Part shown: positions 1 to 9,048 of the stretch, piece by piece
Position numbering within the stretch: the stretch's first letter is position 1
Layout of the letters: each line of letters begins with the position of its first letter
From: a virus
Length of the DNA: 64,000 nt
Direction: 5' to 3' (one strand)
IMG/VR virus record: IMGVR_UViG_3300025118_000006
Location: 1 to 64,000 of that record
Position numbers and translations under genes: made by a program
The notes under the pieces: model-generated
Database searches by the model: none
What the model was told of the DNA's origin: nothing
The model's input: only the letters and a program-made list of their open reading frames with translations

Positions 1-4
1 GGCT

Positions 5-1021
5 TTGTCGGTCGCACGGGCTCGTGTTAGCGAGAAGCCAGTGACGGACGAAGGGATTATTGCGATGGAGGAGCGGTTAGCTGTTTTGCGTGATGATCTT
101 CGCGATTACGCATCGTACACTACACGTGCAAGCGAGCTTGAATCTTCGCGGGCCGAAGACAAAGCCGAGCTTTCGAGGCTCGAAGGTGAGCTTGCGAAAG
201 TTAGCCAGATAATTCCTAGCGTACAGGCTTCGCTTGAGGCTCTGGGTGCAGTGCCGTCCGTCGAAGCAGAAAATGAGCGATACAAAGCTGTGCGGGCGCA
301 GTACGATGTGATTTACGCGAAGCGCATGGAGGTCGTACGCTTCGGTGAACAGAAAGCAGATGAACGTAAGCGTCTCAATTCTGAGCGTGAGCGTATTAGT
401 AACGTGTTGAACGAGTTAAAGCTGGCTCTTGCCGGTTTTGAAAAAGAGGAGAAGATGCTCGATGAAGCTGAAACCAGAGCTAAAGAAAGTCATATTGAAT
501 CGACTGCGTGGAAGGCTCTCGCAGTGGGGCTTGGATCTTTTGGAGTCCAGGCTTTGGAAATTGACGCAGCCGGACCAAGAGTCTCAACCATCGCAAATGA
601 GCTTCTACGAGCGAGCCACGGTGCGCGGTTTGAGGTTCATGTCGTTACTTCCAAAGCCAAAACTTCAGGTAAAGGTTTTACCGAGAACTTCTCAGTCGAG
701 GTCATCGATCACGTTCGTGGTAATGCTTCGGACCTTGCCAACCTTTCGGGCGGAGAAAAAGTCATCGTCGATGAGGCGATCAGGCTCGCAATCAGCCTCT
801 TCCGAAACGAAGAACTCAAGACTCCGTGGAAAACGCTCTGGCGGGACGAAACCACGGGTGCTTTGGATGCCGAAAACGCGGGGAAATACATAGCGATGTT
901 GCGAAAGGCCCAGGAGATTGGGGGGTTCGATCAGGTTGTATTCATCGCACACCAGCAAGACGTAATCGAGGCTGCCGATGCACGAGTTGAGCTAGTGAAT
1001 AGCCGGGTTTCGATTTCATGA
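5..1021 (+). CDS. sbcC: SbcC/Rad50-like ABC ATPase, C-terminal part (gene begins upstream of the window)
   Basis: Coiled coil followed by ABC signature LSGGEK, Walker B/D-loop WRDETTGALD and H-loop FIAHQ. Confidence 0.85.
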   Translation: MSVARARVSEKPVTDEGIIAMEERLAVLRDDLRDYASYTTRASELESSRAEDKAELSRLEGELAKVSQIIPSVQASLEALGAVPSVEAENERYKAVRAQYDVIYAKRMEVVRFGEQKADERKRLNSERERISNVLNELKLALAGFEKEEKMLDEAETRAKESHIESTAWKALAVGLGSFGVQALEIDAAGPRVSTIANELLRASHGARFEVHVVTSKAKTSGKGFTENFSVEVIDHVRGNASDLANLSGGEKVIVDEAIRLAISLFRNEELKTPWKTLWRDETTGALDAENAGKYIAMLRKAQEIGGFDQVVFIAHQQDVIEAADARVELVNSRVSIS

Positions 1022-1515
1022 TAAAAAACTATGCAAACCGAGGTCGCGCAACCGAAGACATGCTTAACCTCGCGCACCAAAGCATGGCTGTCCGAGGTAT
1101 CGCTTGGATACGAAAAATACCTACGCCAATAAAGGTTCTCAGACCGCTCGGCGCAGGAAAGTTCTTGGCAGTCTTTAGCGCGAGCGCGGGTGCTGATTAC
1201 GTCGGCACTTTAGAGGGTGGTAGAGCGGTAGTGGTTGAGGCAAAGGAGCTTAAAAAAGGCCCCAGCCTCCCTGCCCGACGGTTCACTGGTGCAGAGGTGG
1301 ACCACCTTACGAATACGATGGAGGCCGGGGGGTTGGCCATCGTATTCGTAAGACGGGTGATCGATGGGTCGCTGTGGGCAATCCCGTGGTCCGAATATTC
1401 AGCCATTCTGGCCACCGGGCGCAAGAGCATGAATTTAGATAAGGCCCCAGAGTTTCGGGTAGCCAAAGTCATTGATTACATTGAAGAGAGTTTGAAATGG
1501 GAAGAACAGGATTAG
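1018..1515 (+). CDS. recU: RecU-family Holliday junction resolvase
   Basis: NRG..E, KIPTP, ADYVG and VEAK motifs typical of RecU. Confidence 0.85.
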   Translation: MIKNYANRGRATEDMLNLAHQSMAVRGIAWIRKIPTPIKVLRPLGAGKFLAVFSASAGADYVGTLEGGRAVVVEAKELKKGPSLPARRFTGAEVDHLTNTMEAGGLAIVFVRRVIDGSLWAIPWSEYSAILATGRKSMNLDKAPEFRVAKVIDYIEESLKWEEQD

Positions 1516-1979
1516 AGCAAGCATCCGAGTGTGCGCGAGAGCTAGTCGATGAGTGTGGGCTTTTCTGTGCGCTGGCATACGTCCAGCGGGTTATGACCCA
1601 CCTTTACGAGGAAGGTCAGGTGGCCAGCCCTAGCGAGATGAAAGTGTGCGTTTATGCGTATTTTAAGGCTTTGAATGTCGATGTTGATGATTCGATAGAC
1701 AATATTGCCATTCGTTGGCAGGACTCGACCAAGGCAATTGGTGACAACGTGTGCGCTCGAATTTGGAGAAAGGCTCTGGAGCTATGTTGTGCCGATGTGG
1801 TTGTGACACTCTCTACCGCATCCCCACAGCGCAAGTACAAAACAGTGAGCTTTCACATGCCCCAGGACGAGTATGATCGCTTGATCGAAAGCTCGCTTGG
1901 TGGGCTGTCTCTGTCGGAGTGGATGAGGGACGCTGTTCGTCTAAAAGCGAGGTCGCATGAGCAATCAATCAGCGCGTAA
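1497..1979 (+). CDS. hypothetical protein with C-terminal ribbon-helix-helix-like motif
   Basis: Overlapping operon arrangement; KTVSFHMP..EYDRL...LSEWMRDAV looks like an RHH. Confidence 0.55.
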   Translation: MGRTGLEQASECARELVDECGLFCALAYVQRVMTHLYEEGQVASPSEMKVCVYAYFKALNVDVDDSIDNIAIRWQDSTKAIGDNVCARIWRKALELCCADVVVTLSTASPQRKYKTVSFHMPQDEYDRLIESSLGGLSLSEWMRDAVRLKARSHEQSISA

Positions 1980-2418
1980 ATTGGGGTGGAAGATGTCTCC
2001 CGGCCTGATGAAAAGAAAGCTTGAGCCGCTTCAAGCGACGATTAGTCATTTAATGGACTCTGGCGAGCTTGCATCGGTTGGCGAGGTCTCGCATTTCCTG
2101 AAGGGAATATGCGATGCGATGGGCATAAGCTTTGACGCGCTCGTAATTCACATTCCGAGCAAAGACGGTTCAGAGGAATACGCTGGAGGTCTTGCCGCTA
2201 CCGCACTACACCAGCGTGGCCATTACAGAGCTACTCAGCCTGTTAGTTTCACGATAAATACAGAGTCGTCTGGACGGCTTGTGCCCATAACGCTTCGCCT
2301 GCCGGAAGCCGACGCATTGTCGATAAAGAAACGTGCTCTCGCGCAAAAGACCACGCCCGCAAAAATGCTGGAAGCGTTGGTATTGGAGGTATTCAATGGA
2401 ACAACCAAAAACAGTTGA
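1957..2418 (+). CDS. hypothetical protein, possible C-terminal RHH DNA-binding motif
   Basis: Operon-coupled ORF; ITLRLPE...IKKRA...PAKMLEALV. Confidence 0.55.
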   Translation: MSNQSARKLGWKMSPGLMKRKLEPLQATISHLMDSGELASVGEVSHFLKGICDAMGISFDALVIHIPSKDGSEEYAGGLAATALHQRGHYRATQPVSFTINTESSGRLVPITLRLPEADALSIKKRALAQKTTPAKMLEALVLEVFNGTTKNS

Positions 2419-3094
2419 TGAGTTTTGGCGTAACCTGATGCTTTACTCAGTCAATTTGGAGCCTTCTCGAACTACTAAAAAGCAAAACTATGCACCTCTT
2501 TTCGCTCACGTTTTAGAGCCGAAAATATACAAGGAGCCACCGCTTGAAAATTGCGCGGGGCTTCGCAATGCTTTGCGGTCGAACGACTGGGAGTGGTTTT
2601 TTGAAACCATGAGGCGGGACGGCGGTTTTTTAGCGACGACCCTAGCAGCGGTCTGTGACCACGAAGATGTTGATGATGACTTGAGATTACATATAGCCCG
2701 GTCGGTCGGTGGCCTTTGTTCGATCAAGGTCGATGGTGAACTGAAGTATTTGATGACGAACCAGTGGTCCACAAAGCAACGGGTCGCTACCTTCATACGT
2801 TACGTGATGAATGTTGGCGTTGAGACGCCGTGGCAACTCGGTTTTGCCGCCATCGCTCACAACGTAAGCCCAGCCGCCATCGCGAGGAGCCTTGTGGCCC
2901 ACCGAAAATTCATGCGTCGTTGCGGAATCACGTTTGAGGTTGGTGATGACGTTGGACCACCCGTGGCCGGTGCAAATAAGATGGTGTGGTTTAACTACAA
3001 GTCATTAGAAGTACAGAGATTTTGGTGTCACGGCGATTTGGGTATATGCGGTAGGCCGGGACAGGTAATAACGAAATTGCGGTTTGAGGTGTGA
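2396..3094 (+). CDS. hypothetical protein
   Basis: GGAGGT SD before ATG 2396; coupled to neighbouring genes. Confidence 0.6.
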   Translation: MEQPKTVDEFWRNLMLYSVNLEPSRTTKKQNYAPLFAHVLEPKIYKEPPLENCAGLRNALRSNDWEWFFETMRRDGGFLATTLAAVCDHEDVDDDLRLHIARSVGGLCSIKVDGELKYLMTNQWSTKQRVATFIRYVMNVGVETPWQLGFAAIAHNVSPAAIARSLVAHRKFMRRCGITFEVGDDVGPPVAGANKMVWFNYKSLEVQRFWCHGDLGICGRPGQVITKLRFEV

Positions 3095-3333
3095 AAATGA
3101 GTGTAGACGTTGTGATCGGTCAGATTTGGGCTGACCTAGATTCGCGAAACAAAGGCAGGTTGCTTCAGGTTGTTGGTGTGACGCCAACGCACGCCATCTG
3201 CGAAGTTATTGTCTCAGCGCAAGGCAAGGCGAACAGGCGGAACGGTGTATCGATAAGAATTGATCGAATGAGTCCCGGTTCCAGGGGCTATAAACTTTTA
3301 CGAGGAAGGGAAGATGACAATGAGCGAGAGTGA
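3091..3333 (+). CDS. small hypothetical protein
   Basis: GAGGTG SD; start could be 3097; IGQIWAD..R N-terminus. Confidence 0.55.
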   Translation: MKMSVDVVIGQIWADLDSRNKGRLLQVVGVTPTHAICEVIVSAQGKANRRNGVSIRIDRMSPGSRGYKLLRGREDDNERE

Positions 3334-3829
3334 GAGTGAGAATGAGAACCAGGGTGAGCAACGCGCTTACATAATGCCAGCGGCTAAAACGAATTGGCAC
3401 ACACCACAGGTGGTGATTGATTTAGTCGAAAAGTTCGACATGGTCGGCCTGGACCCCTGCTGGGAAGAGGGATGCCTCGTTAAACCGATGCGGCGGTTTA
3501 CGAAGCGCGACGACGGACTAATTCGAGATTGGCGAGGGTACGGTACTGTTTTTGTAAACCCACCCTACGACGACCTTCGTCGGTGGTGCGAAAAGATATC
3601 GATGGAAGGCGAGAGGGGTGTTGAGATTATTGCGCTTTTGCCTAGCAGGACAGACACCAAGGCTTTTCAAGAGCGTGTCTCGAAAGCTACATGTATGTGC
3701 TTTTGGAAAGGGCGTTTGAGATTTGTGGGAGCCAAGGCTTCTGCTCCATTTCCTAGCCTCCTCGCATATTGGGGTGACAGGTATGATCGATTCTACGAGA
3801 TTTTTGCGGACAAAGGAGTTATCGCATGA
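3314..3829 (+). CDS. phage N6-adenine DNA methyltransferase (Dam_phage-like)
   Basis: WHTP, LDPC, DGL..W, VFVNPPY, LLPSRTDT and GRLRF motifs. Confidence 0.88.
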   Translation: MTMSESESENENQGEQRAYIMPAAKTNWHTPQVVIDLVEKFDMVGLDPCWEEGCLVKPMRRFTKRDDGLIRDWRGYGTVFVNPPYDDLRRWCEKISMEGERGVEIIALLPSRTDTKAFQERVSKATCMCFWKGRLRFVGAKASAPFPSLLAYWGDRYDRFYEIFADKGVIA

Positions 3830-4365
3830 AGTTCGATATCGTGTACGCGGACCCGCCTTGGGACTACAAAGGCCAAAAGCAGCACACAGGTGCCGGGGGC
3901 GTGTCCTCTGGAGGCGCAATCGAGCACTACTCTACACTGACCCTCGGACAGCTTAAAAAGCTACCTGTAAGCGAAATCTGTGCGAATGACTGCCTTTTGT
4001 TCATGTGGGCTACCAGCCCGCATCTTGATCAGGCTATTGACCTGCTGAAGGCGTGGGGCTTCAAGTGGGCAACCGTTGGGTTTGTCTGGAACAAACTGCG
4101 AGTAAATCCAGGCTTCTACACGATGTCGCAGTGCGAGATTTGCTTGATTGGAAAGCGTGGGAAGATACCTCAACCAAGAGGTGCCAGGAATATCAGACAG
4201 TTAGTCGAATCTGCGAGGGCTGACCATAGCGCAAAACCGAAGGAGGTTCGCAGACGCATCGAGCAGATGTTCCCGACGCAAAATAAGGTTGAGCTATTCG
4301 CACGAGAGCCTTCGAGCGGGTGGAGCGTTTGGGGTGATGAGGTCGAGAGCGATATCAGCATATAA
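3826..4365 (+). CDS. MT-A70-family adenine methyltransferase
   Basis: IVYADPPW, LFMWAT, AWGF, HSAKP and ELFAR motifs. Confidence 0.92.
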   Translation: MKFDIVYADPPWDYKGQKQHTGAGGVSSGGAIEHYSTLTLGQLKKLPVSEICANDCLLFMWATSPHLDQAIDLLKAWGFKWATVGFVWNKLRVNPGFYTMSQCEICLIGKRGKIPQPRGARNIRQLVESARADHSAKPKEVRRRIEQMFPTQNKVELFAREPSSGWSVWGDEVESDISI

Positions 4366-4403
4366 AAAAAGCCCCCCGAACCGTGCGCCGTCTCGGGGGG
4401 CTT
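4364..4403 (-). terminator. intrinsic terminator (U-tract on the minus strand; possibly bidirectional)
   Basis: 11-bp stem AAGCCCCCCGA/TCGGGGGGCTT, with A7 at 4364-4370, between convergent genes. Confidence 0.85.
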
Positions 4404-4453
4404 ATACAGACAATACCGCTTCTGGGAAGGGAGAAACGGTGAGGTAAGCTGCC
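4364..4453 (-). ncRNA. candidate trans-acting antisense sRNA (sRNA-R) against the replication initiator leader
   Basis: Own promoter-like element and terminator; 5' GCUUACCUCA and loop CCCUUCCC are complementary to 12380-12389 and 12345-12352. Confidence 0.6.
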
Positions 4454-4458
4454 TCATT

Positions 4459-4487
4459 ACACTGCCAAAAAACCTACTTTTGGTCAA
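4459..4487 (-). promoter_or_regulatory. sigma70-like promoter for the candidate sRNA
   Basis: TTGACC-17-CAGTGT with extended TG, the same layout as TTGACA-17-CAGTTT at 8986. Confidence 0.5.
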
Positions 4488-4960
4488 CGATTCGAGTGCC
4501 GTCTCCACAACCTCCGATACTTTTTTGATGCGCGAACAACGCTCTTCGCCCAGCGAAAAGACTTAGTGTGCTCACCTTTGCATCGACCAGAGTTGTACGA
4601 GCAGATAGCCCACTCCAATCCGTGCTTCCTCTCAAACCGGCTTCTAAAGCGATTTAACGCACGAACGCCAGCCTCGACCAGATCGCAATCGCGAGTTGAT
4701 CGGCTTTCACACCAGATTCTCGGAATGACCTGAAGTGGCCCCACAGCACCACGGTGGCTGCGTACAACATCACCACGCCGGTTGAGGTATTGCATCCTGC
4801 TTTCGTGCCAGGATAGCGCGGTTACAAGGAAGGGGTCTTCGCCTTGGCGTTCAGCCTCGTTTACTAAAAGAATGCAAGTTGACTCGCGTTCTTGCCGGAC
4901 GTTTTCGTTCAACGCCGGAAGAAACTGCGTCAACATCGCGCAATAGAGCAGTGCGTTCAT
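4484..4960 (-). CDS. lytic transglycosylase (SLT/lysozyme-like fold) with hydrophobic N-terminus
   Basis: Catalytic HESR, GAVGPLQV and YNSG motifs; AAGGAG SD. Confidence 0.82.
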   Translation of the reverse strand: MNALLYCAMLTQFLPALNENVRQERESTCILLVNEAERQGEDPFLVTALSWHESRMQYLNRRGDVVRSHRGAVGPLQVIPRIWCESRSTRDCDLVEAGVRALNRFRSRFERKHGLEWAICSYNSGRCKGEHTKSFRWAKSVVRASKKYRRLWRRHSNR

Positions 4961-5067
4961 TTTGACTCCTTTTCGATTACATCAATCACTTTTGCGTTAG
5001 CGGGGTACCTTGCCACAAGCTCTGCGAGTTTTGCCAGCGTTAATGCCATTATTTTCTTTTTCATCAT
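4957..5067 (-). CDS. 36-aa peptide MMKKKIMALTLAKLAELVARYPANAKVIDVIEKESK (not in the ORF track)
   Basis: GGAG SD; ATGA overlap with the SLT start. Confidence 0.5.
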   Translation of the reverse strand: MMKKKIMALTLAKLAELVARYPANAKVIDVIEKESK

Positions 5068-5091
5068 ATTCTCCACGAGTTGTTATTGCTC

Positions 5092-5164
5092 TACGCTAAC
5101 CGATAATCGCGCCGCGTCAAAAAAAATCAATGTGTTGACAATGCCACCGCCCCGGATGTAATTT
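5092..5164. promoter_or_regulatory. divergent sigma70-like promoters
   Basis: Minus: TTGACG(5120)-17-TAGCGT; plus: TTGACA(5135)..TGTAAT/TAATTT; A-tract between them. Confidence 0.55.
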
Positions 5165-5170
5165 AACGTC

Positions 5171-5470
5171 ATGATTATAGTTATTTTAATATTGCTTGGT
5201 GCGCGAGCCTATCGCGCTGAAAATGTTGGCTTGGGCACACTCTTTGAGCGCATGGCTTCAATCTGTGCGGTCATCGCTCTTGTAGGCATACTTTACACTG
5301 GCGTGTACTACTCGTCTGCGACTGTAGACCACGCGAGCGCGGAAGCGCGTGTGGAGCTACTGAAAGGCCAGCCACCAGAGGTTTCGCAAGACGCGGTCGG
5401 TGAATCCGCTGCTGCAATTGAAAGGAAGAGGCTATCGGTACGGTGGCTCATCTTTTTTGTCGTAATTTAG
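5171..5470 (+). CDS. small membrane protein, possibly from a leaderless mRNA
   Basis: Hydrophobic segments; ATG directly after the -10 element. Confidence 0.5.
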   Translation: MIIVILILLGARAYRAENVGLGTLFERMASICAVIALVGILYTGVYYSSATVDHASAEARVELLKGQPPEVSQDAVGESAAAIERKRLSVRWLIFFVVI

Positions 5471-5479
5471 GAGAATCAA

Positions 5480-6286
5480 ATGACTAACGTAGACCACCTT
5501 TCATGCTTGTCTTACTCTATACCTGACGAAGGCCCACCGATGGACCTTGCTGACACCGAGGTTTTGAGCACCCTGCTTGGTCGTGAAATGCACGCGATAT
5601 CCGATTGGCGATGTGTTCATTTAGCCGCGAAGCGAGTATTTCCTTCTAAAGGCACACAATTGGTACGTGACCGGCGGTCAAGGATGCTCGCCAAGGTCAC
5701 AGTTACGGAGCGGGTGAAAAGCAAATCGCGAAGGACGGAGTTTAAGGTAGCTGATAACTTTGAGGTTACGTGTGACCGCGATGATCCACGGGTCGGCGCG
5801 TTCCAGTCCCACCTAAAAGCACTTTCCGGGTCGTTCGACATGGAGTGCCTTCGATTCGCGCTTCTAAACCTGATGGAAGAAGAGGGCTGCGTTATGCTCC
5901 GCTCCGGTGGTGGCCTTTACTGGGTTCCGGCAGACGCGAGGGTGCGCTTCTCGAAGGTTCATGAGGCCGCCGCGTCTGTAGGCGCGGAAATCGACGTTTT
6001 CAGGCTACAAGACGACCCAGACACCGTTTCTTGGCTTGCGAAGCAGGCTGTGAGAGGGCTGGAAAGCGATTGGTCCAGGGTCCAGAAGGAAATGGCACGC
6101 TCGCGGTTCGTGAGGTCTTACCTGTTGGCTGGACGCTTTCGTGGTCGAGCCGAGGGCGCAGCGTGCGCGGACCTCGTACCAACACACCGAAAGAGCAAGC
6201 TGGACATGCTCCAGGCGGTAGATCGCCGGATGGCTGAGATACAGGCTGAAAACCCTGTCGCAATAGCTAAATCGAAGGCGGTCTAG
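5480..6286 (+). CDS. hypothetical protein
   Basis: AGGAG SD; 268-aa ORF. Confidence 0.7.
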   Translation: MTNVDHLSCLSYSIPDEGPPMDLADTEVLSTLLGREMHAISDWRCVHLAAKRVFPSKGTQLVRDRRSRMLAKVTVTERVKSKSRRTEFKVADNFEVTCDRDDPRVGAFQSHLKALSGSFDMECLRFALLNLMEEEGCVMLRSGGGLYWVPADARVRFSKVHEAAASVGAEIDVFRLQDDPDTVSWLAKQAVRGLESDWSRVQKEMARSRFVRSYLLAGRFRGRAEGAACADLVPTHRKSKLDMLQAVDRRMAEIQAENPVAIAKSKAV

Positions 6287-6364
6287 CCAGTGCACCCGTT
6301 CGCAACCACTTGACAATACTAGGGAAACGTGGTAAGCTCCAGTTAAACCAATTGGAGTTTGTCT

Positions 6365-6613
6365 ATGGTAGATCGCAAGAAAATCCGAGGACGGTGGTAC
6401 TCCATCGTCGAAGACGTGCCCAAGGCGGGTGACTACGTCTTCTACTATGACCGAGGCTGGCGCGGAGGCTTCATTGACCGGGTCCACAACGGACGCAAGC
6501 ACAGGTACGTAGTGATAGCCCCGATGAAGCTAAAGATCGGCAGGAAGAACCACGTAATTCGACCAAAGAAAAAAGTCGAACTGCGTGCAATCAGAGAAAT
6601 CTGCCGCCGATGA
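6365..6613 (+). CDS. small basic hypothetical protein
   Basis: TTGACA..TAAGCT promoter from 6310 and TTGGAG SD. Confidence 0.55.
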   Translation: MVDRKKIRGRWYSIVEDVPKAGDYVFYYDRGWRGGFIDRVHNGRKHRYVVIAPMKLKIGRKNHVIRPKKKVELRAIREICRR

Positions 6614-6667
6614 CAGTGGCGCAGTAAGTCTTTCGCAACTTTTTTTCAGAAAAGTGTTAGCAAGGAG

Positions 6668-6736
6668 TTGACAACACCACCAGCCGTATGCTCTAAATCG
6701 TATGGTGACGTTAATAACTTATTTGGAGAACAGAAA
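6668..6736 (+). promoter_or_regulatory. early promoter plus conserved leader A (GTGACGTTA...TTGGAGA)
   Basis: TTGACA 6668, GTGACGTTAA 6705, TTGGAGA 6723, ATG 6737. Confidence 0.75.
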
Positions 6737-7198
6737 ATGACTGAGACTTTCACATTCAAAATCGCAGAAACGAAACTCAACCCCCACTCGAAACAGCAGC
6801 GCGAAGCCGATGTGTATTGCGAGCTTTGCGGGCGCGGCATTTGGCAACGAAACAACGCGCACGTCGTGTTGACTGGAGACGAATCGAGGGAAGAGCGTCT
6901 AAGAAGCGGCAGTGTGACCCTGGAGAAGTTCGATAAAAGCCTACTCGGCACTGACTCTGCTGAATGGGGCATCTTCGTTGGGTCGCGCTGCGCGAAGCAA
7001 ATCCCTCGCGAGTTCAAGGTGTCGCAAAAGGTTGTCATGAAGCACGTCTTCGATGCCGCAAGGCGTCAAGCGACGGCATCGAAGGAAGAGCGTGATCAGT
7101 TGGATAGCGATTGGAACGAACGCTTTCTGGCTGGAGCAACCGCTGAGGAAAGAGCCGAGTGGAATCAAGTTCTCGCACTCGCTAAGGAGGTGTCCTAA
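6737..7198 (+). CDS. early hypothetical protein (CxxC ... C)
   Basis: Start reassigned to the ATG after the SD. Confidence 0.7.
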   Translation: MTETFTFKIAETKLNPHSKQQREADVYCELCGRGIWQRNNAHVVLTGDESREERLRSGSVTLEKFDKSLLGTDSAEWGIFVGSRCAKQIPREFKVSQKVVMKHVFDAARRQATASKEERDQLDSDWNERFLAGATAEERAEWNQVLALAKEVS

Positions 7199-7794
7199 TG
7201 AACACATTAAACACCACACCGGGTCGGCGCTACCCCGTCCAATTTAAAGTTCGCGTGATTGTAGACCAGCCAGCCCTTGGCCGAGACTTCTATGGCGAGG
7301 CTCGCTTCGCCACAGAGGAGGAGGCCCAGGCGGCATTGCGGGATGCGAGAATCGAAGTTACCGACAGCGGGCCTAGCTGTACACAGTACAGCAAGTGGGA
7401 CTACTCCGACCGGACCCTTCTGGTTGAGGACACACCCAACGCTCGCGCCTTCGTCGAGAAGCACTCGTACACTCACCTCGACGCTATGATGCGCGACACC
7501 CTTCGTGCAGTCGCCAGCGAGGGCGGTGCAGTTGAGGAGATGCTTTCAGACATCGAGGGGCGCATTGTGGAGGGCAGCTTATTAGACCGACTGATGCCCC
7601 TGGGTAACCCGCATTATATGCTTCCCGGCATCCCGTCGCCTGCGATGATTGGCGAGGACGTGAAGCTAGAGCTTCGTGCGCTGGCTATCGCTACTGACCT
7701 CGTGGTCACGGGTAACGTGCAACGTAGGCGCGGACGCATCAGCAGATTGCAGAACAAATTAGACCGGGCCGGTTATGGCCCGGTGGGAGGTTAG
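7198..7794 (+). CDS. early hypothetical protein
   Basis: AAGGAGG SD; TAATG coupling. Confidence 0.7.
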   Translation: MNTLNTTPGRRYPVQFKVRVIVDQPALGRDFYGEARFATEEEAQAALRDARIEVTDSGPSCTQYSKWDYSDRTLLVEDTPNARAFVEKHSYTHLDAMMRDTLRAVASEGGAVEEMLSDIEGRIVEGSLLDRLMPLGNPHYMLPGIPSPAMIGEDVKLELRALAIATDLVVTGNVQRRRGRISRLQNKLDRAGYGPVGG

Positions 7795-7796
7795 TC

Positions 7797-8534
7797 ATGG
7801 TTAAGAAACCCGTTTTCAAGTTCACCGAAGAGAAGCCTCACCCGTGGCCTGATGCGCCCGCGCCTATCAAGGCCATCGAGCGCCGCTTGCTCATGGCCAA
7901 GAAGGCTGCGGAAAAGGAGTACGCCGATTTAACTGAGATGCTGTTAGACGATGTCCTGGCAAACTTTTGGGATACGATGCTGGAGCAGCTTACAGCTTGC
8001 GAAGACCCGCTACCGCTCATCACACAGACACCTCCAAAGGCCCCTAAAGCGCCCCCAGTTCGCCCAAACGACTTTTGGGAAGGGTACACCAGCGTTAAAA
8101 ACCGCGCCGCCCGCGAGAGGGCTGTTCTGGAGGCGATGAACGGTCACTGGTTTGAGGCAAACAGCCGGTCTGCCTCAAACATCGGTGCGCCCGCGCAAAA
8201 GTTACGCTCGATTCTAGCTGGCCTGGAAGAGACTGGTCGCGTCGAGACTCGACGCGGGCGGTTGGCAGGAAAGGGCCGCGTCACACAATACCGAGCGGTC
8301 CTAGCGTGGGGTTCAGTGGATTCAAGCTCCACAAGAGCGCGTGAGGAGTTAGAGGTGCTAGAGGTCTTGCAGCGGTGGCGCAGCGCAAAGCAAGCGAAAG
8401 AACAGCTTGGCGCAGACCTGCCCAAGAAAAAGGTCGATGCGGCTATCGCTCGACTGTACGCCAACAACAAACTCGCTCGACGCTCAGGACAGACCGGGTC
8501 CGTCGAGTATATAACGAAGGAGAATTCGAGATGA
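7797..8534 (+). CDS. hypothetical protein with two possible winged-HTH repeats
   Basis: GGAGG SD; two RE..VLE...W...L...G.[VL]..R...G....Y segments. Confidence 0.6.
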   Translation: MVKKPVFKFTEEKPHPWPDAPAPIKAIERRLLMAKKAAEKEYADLTEMLLDDVLANFWDTMLEQLTACEDPLPLITQTPPKAPKAPPVRPNDFWEGYTSVKNRAARERAVLEAMNGHWFEANSRSASNIGAPAQKLRSILAGLEETGRVETRRGRLAGKGRVTQYRAVLAWGSVDSSSTRAREELEVLEVLQRWRSAKQAKEQLGADLPKKKVDAAIARLYANNKLARRSGQTGSVEYITKENSR

Positions 8535-8929
8535 AAGTATTTAAATGCACGTATAAACACACTATTGGCGAAGCCTCAGTTACCTGCGATGCGCCCATCA
8601 ACTGGGAGGGCAAGGGCAGGCACCCGAAGTATTGCGAGGCCCATAAAGGTGGCAAGGAACACCCGAGCCACTACGAAATCTGGGGCCACAGGGTGTTGAG
8701 TCGGGAAAAGTCTGTGACGGAAGGGTACAAGGCTATGCCATCGTTCGACGAGCCGGTTTACGCGGAGCCAGAGCTACTCGACACCGCCAAGACCTCGAAG
8801 GAGGCTAACTTTATGCGAATGGAATATGCGTTCGCCTTCAACCGTGCCAAGGGTGCTCGCCGTGAGTTCGGAATTGACCCCTGGAAAATTGAGATCGTTG
8901 CGTACTATCATGGGCAGGGGGGAGGTTAA
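8531..8929 (+). CDS. hypothetical protein (Cys/His-containing N-terminus)
   Basis: AAGGAG SD; ATGA coupling. Confidence 0.6.
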   Translation: MKVFKCTYKHTIGEASVTCDAPINWEGKGRHPKYCEAHKGGKEHPSHYEIWGHRVLSREKSVTEGYKAMPSFDEPVYAEPELLDTAKTSKEANFMRMEYAFAFNRAKGARREFGIDPWKIEIVAYYHGQGGG

Positions 8930-8985
8930 ATTCGATGCACTGCTCCCCACTCGAAAATAAAGTTACTGAAAACGCTTGCAAGGTG

Positions 8986-9048
8986 TTGACAACGCCACCT
9001 TCTTATGGCAGTTTTGTGAACGTGACGTTAATTGATTGGAGATTAAAG
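8986..9048 (+). promoter_or_regulatory. early promoter plus conserved leader B
   Basis: TTGACA 8986, GTGACGTTAA 9022, TTGGAGA 9036, ATG 9049. Confidence 0.75.

Noticed and set aside
3320-3349. GAGAGT/GAGAAT hexamer repeats at the MTase 5' end as phase variation
   Set aside because: The 6-nt unit preserves the frame; it is a low-complexity N-terminal tail.
4995-5009. CGTT(A)GCGGGGTACC match to the 5' part of sRNA-E (10363-10376) as an extra target
   Set aside because: A single 10-nt exact match inside a coding region is expected by chance; noted only because it lies on the transcript that also carries the other sRNA.
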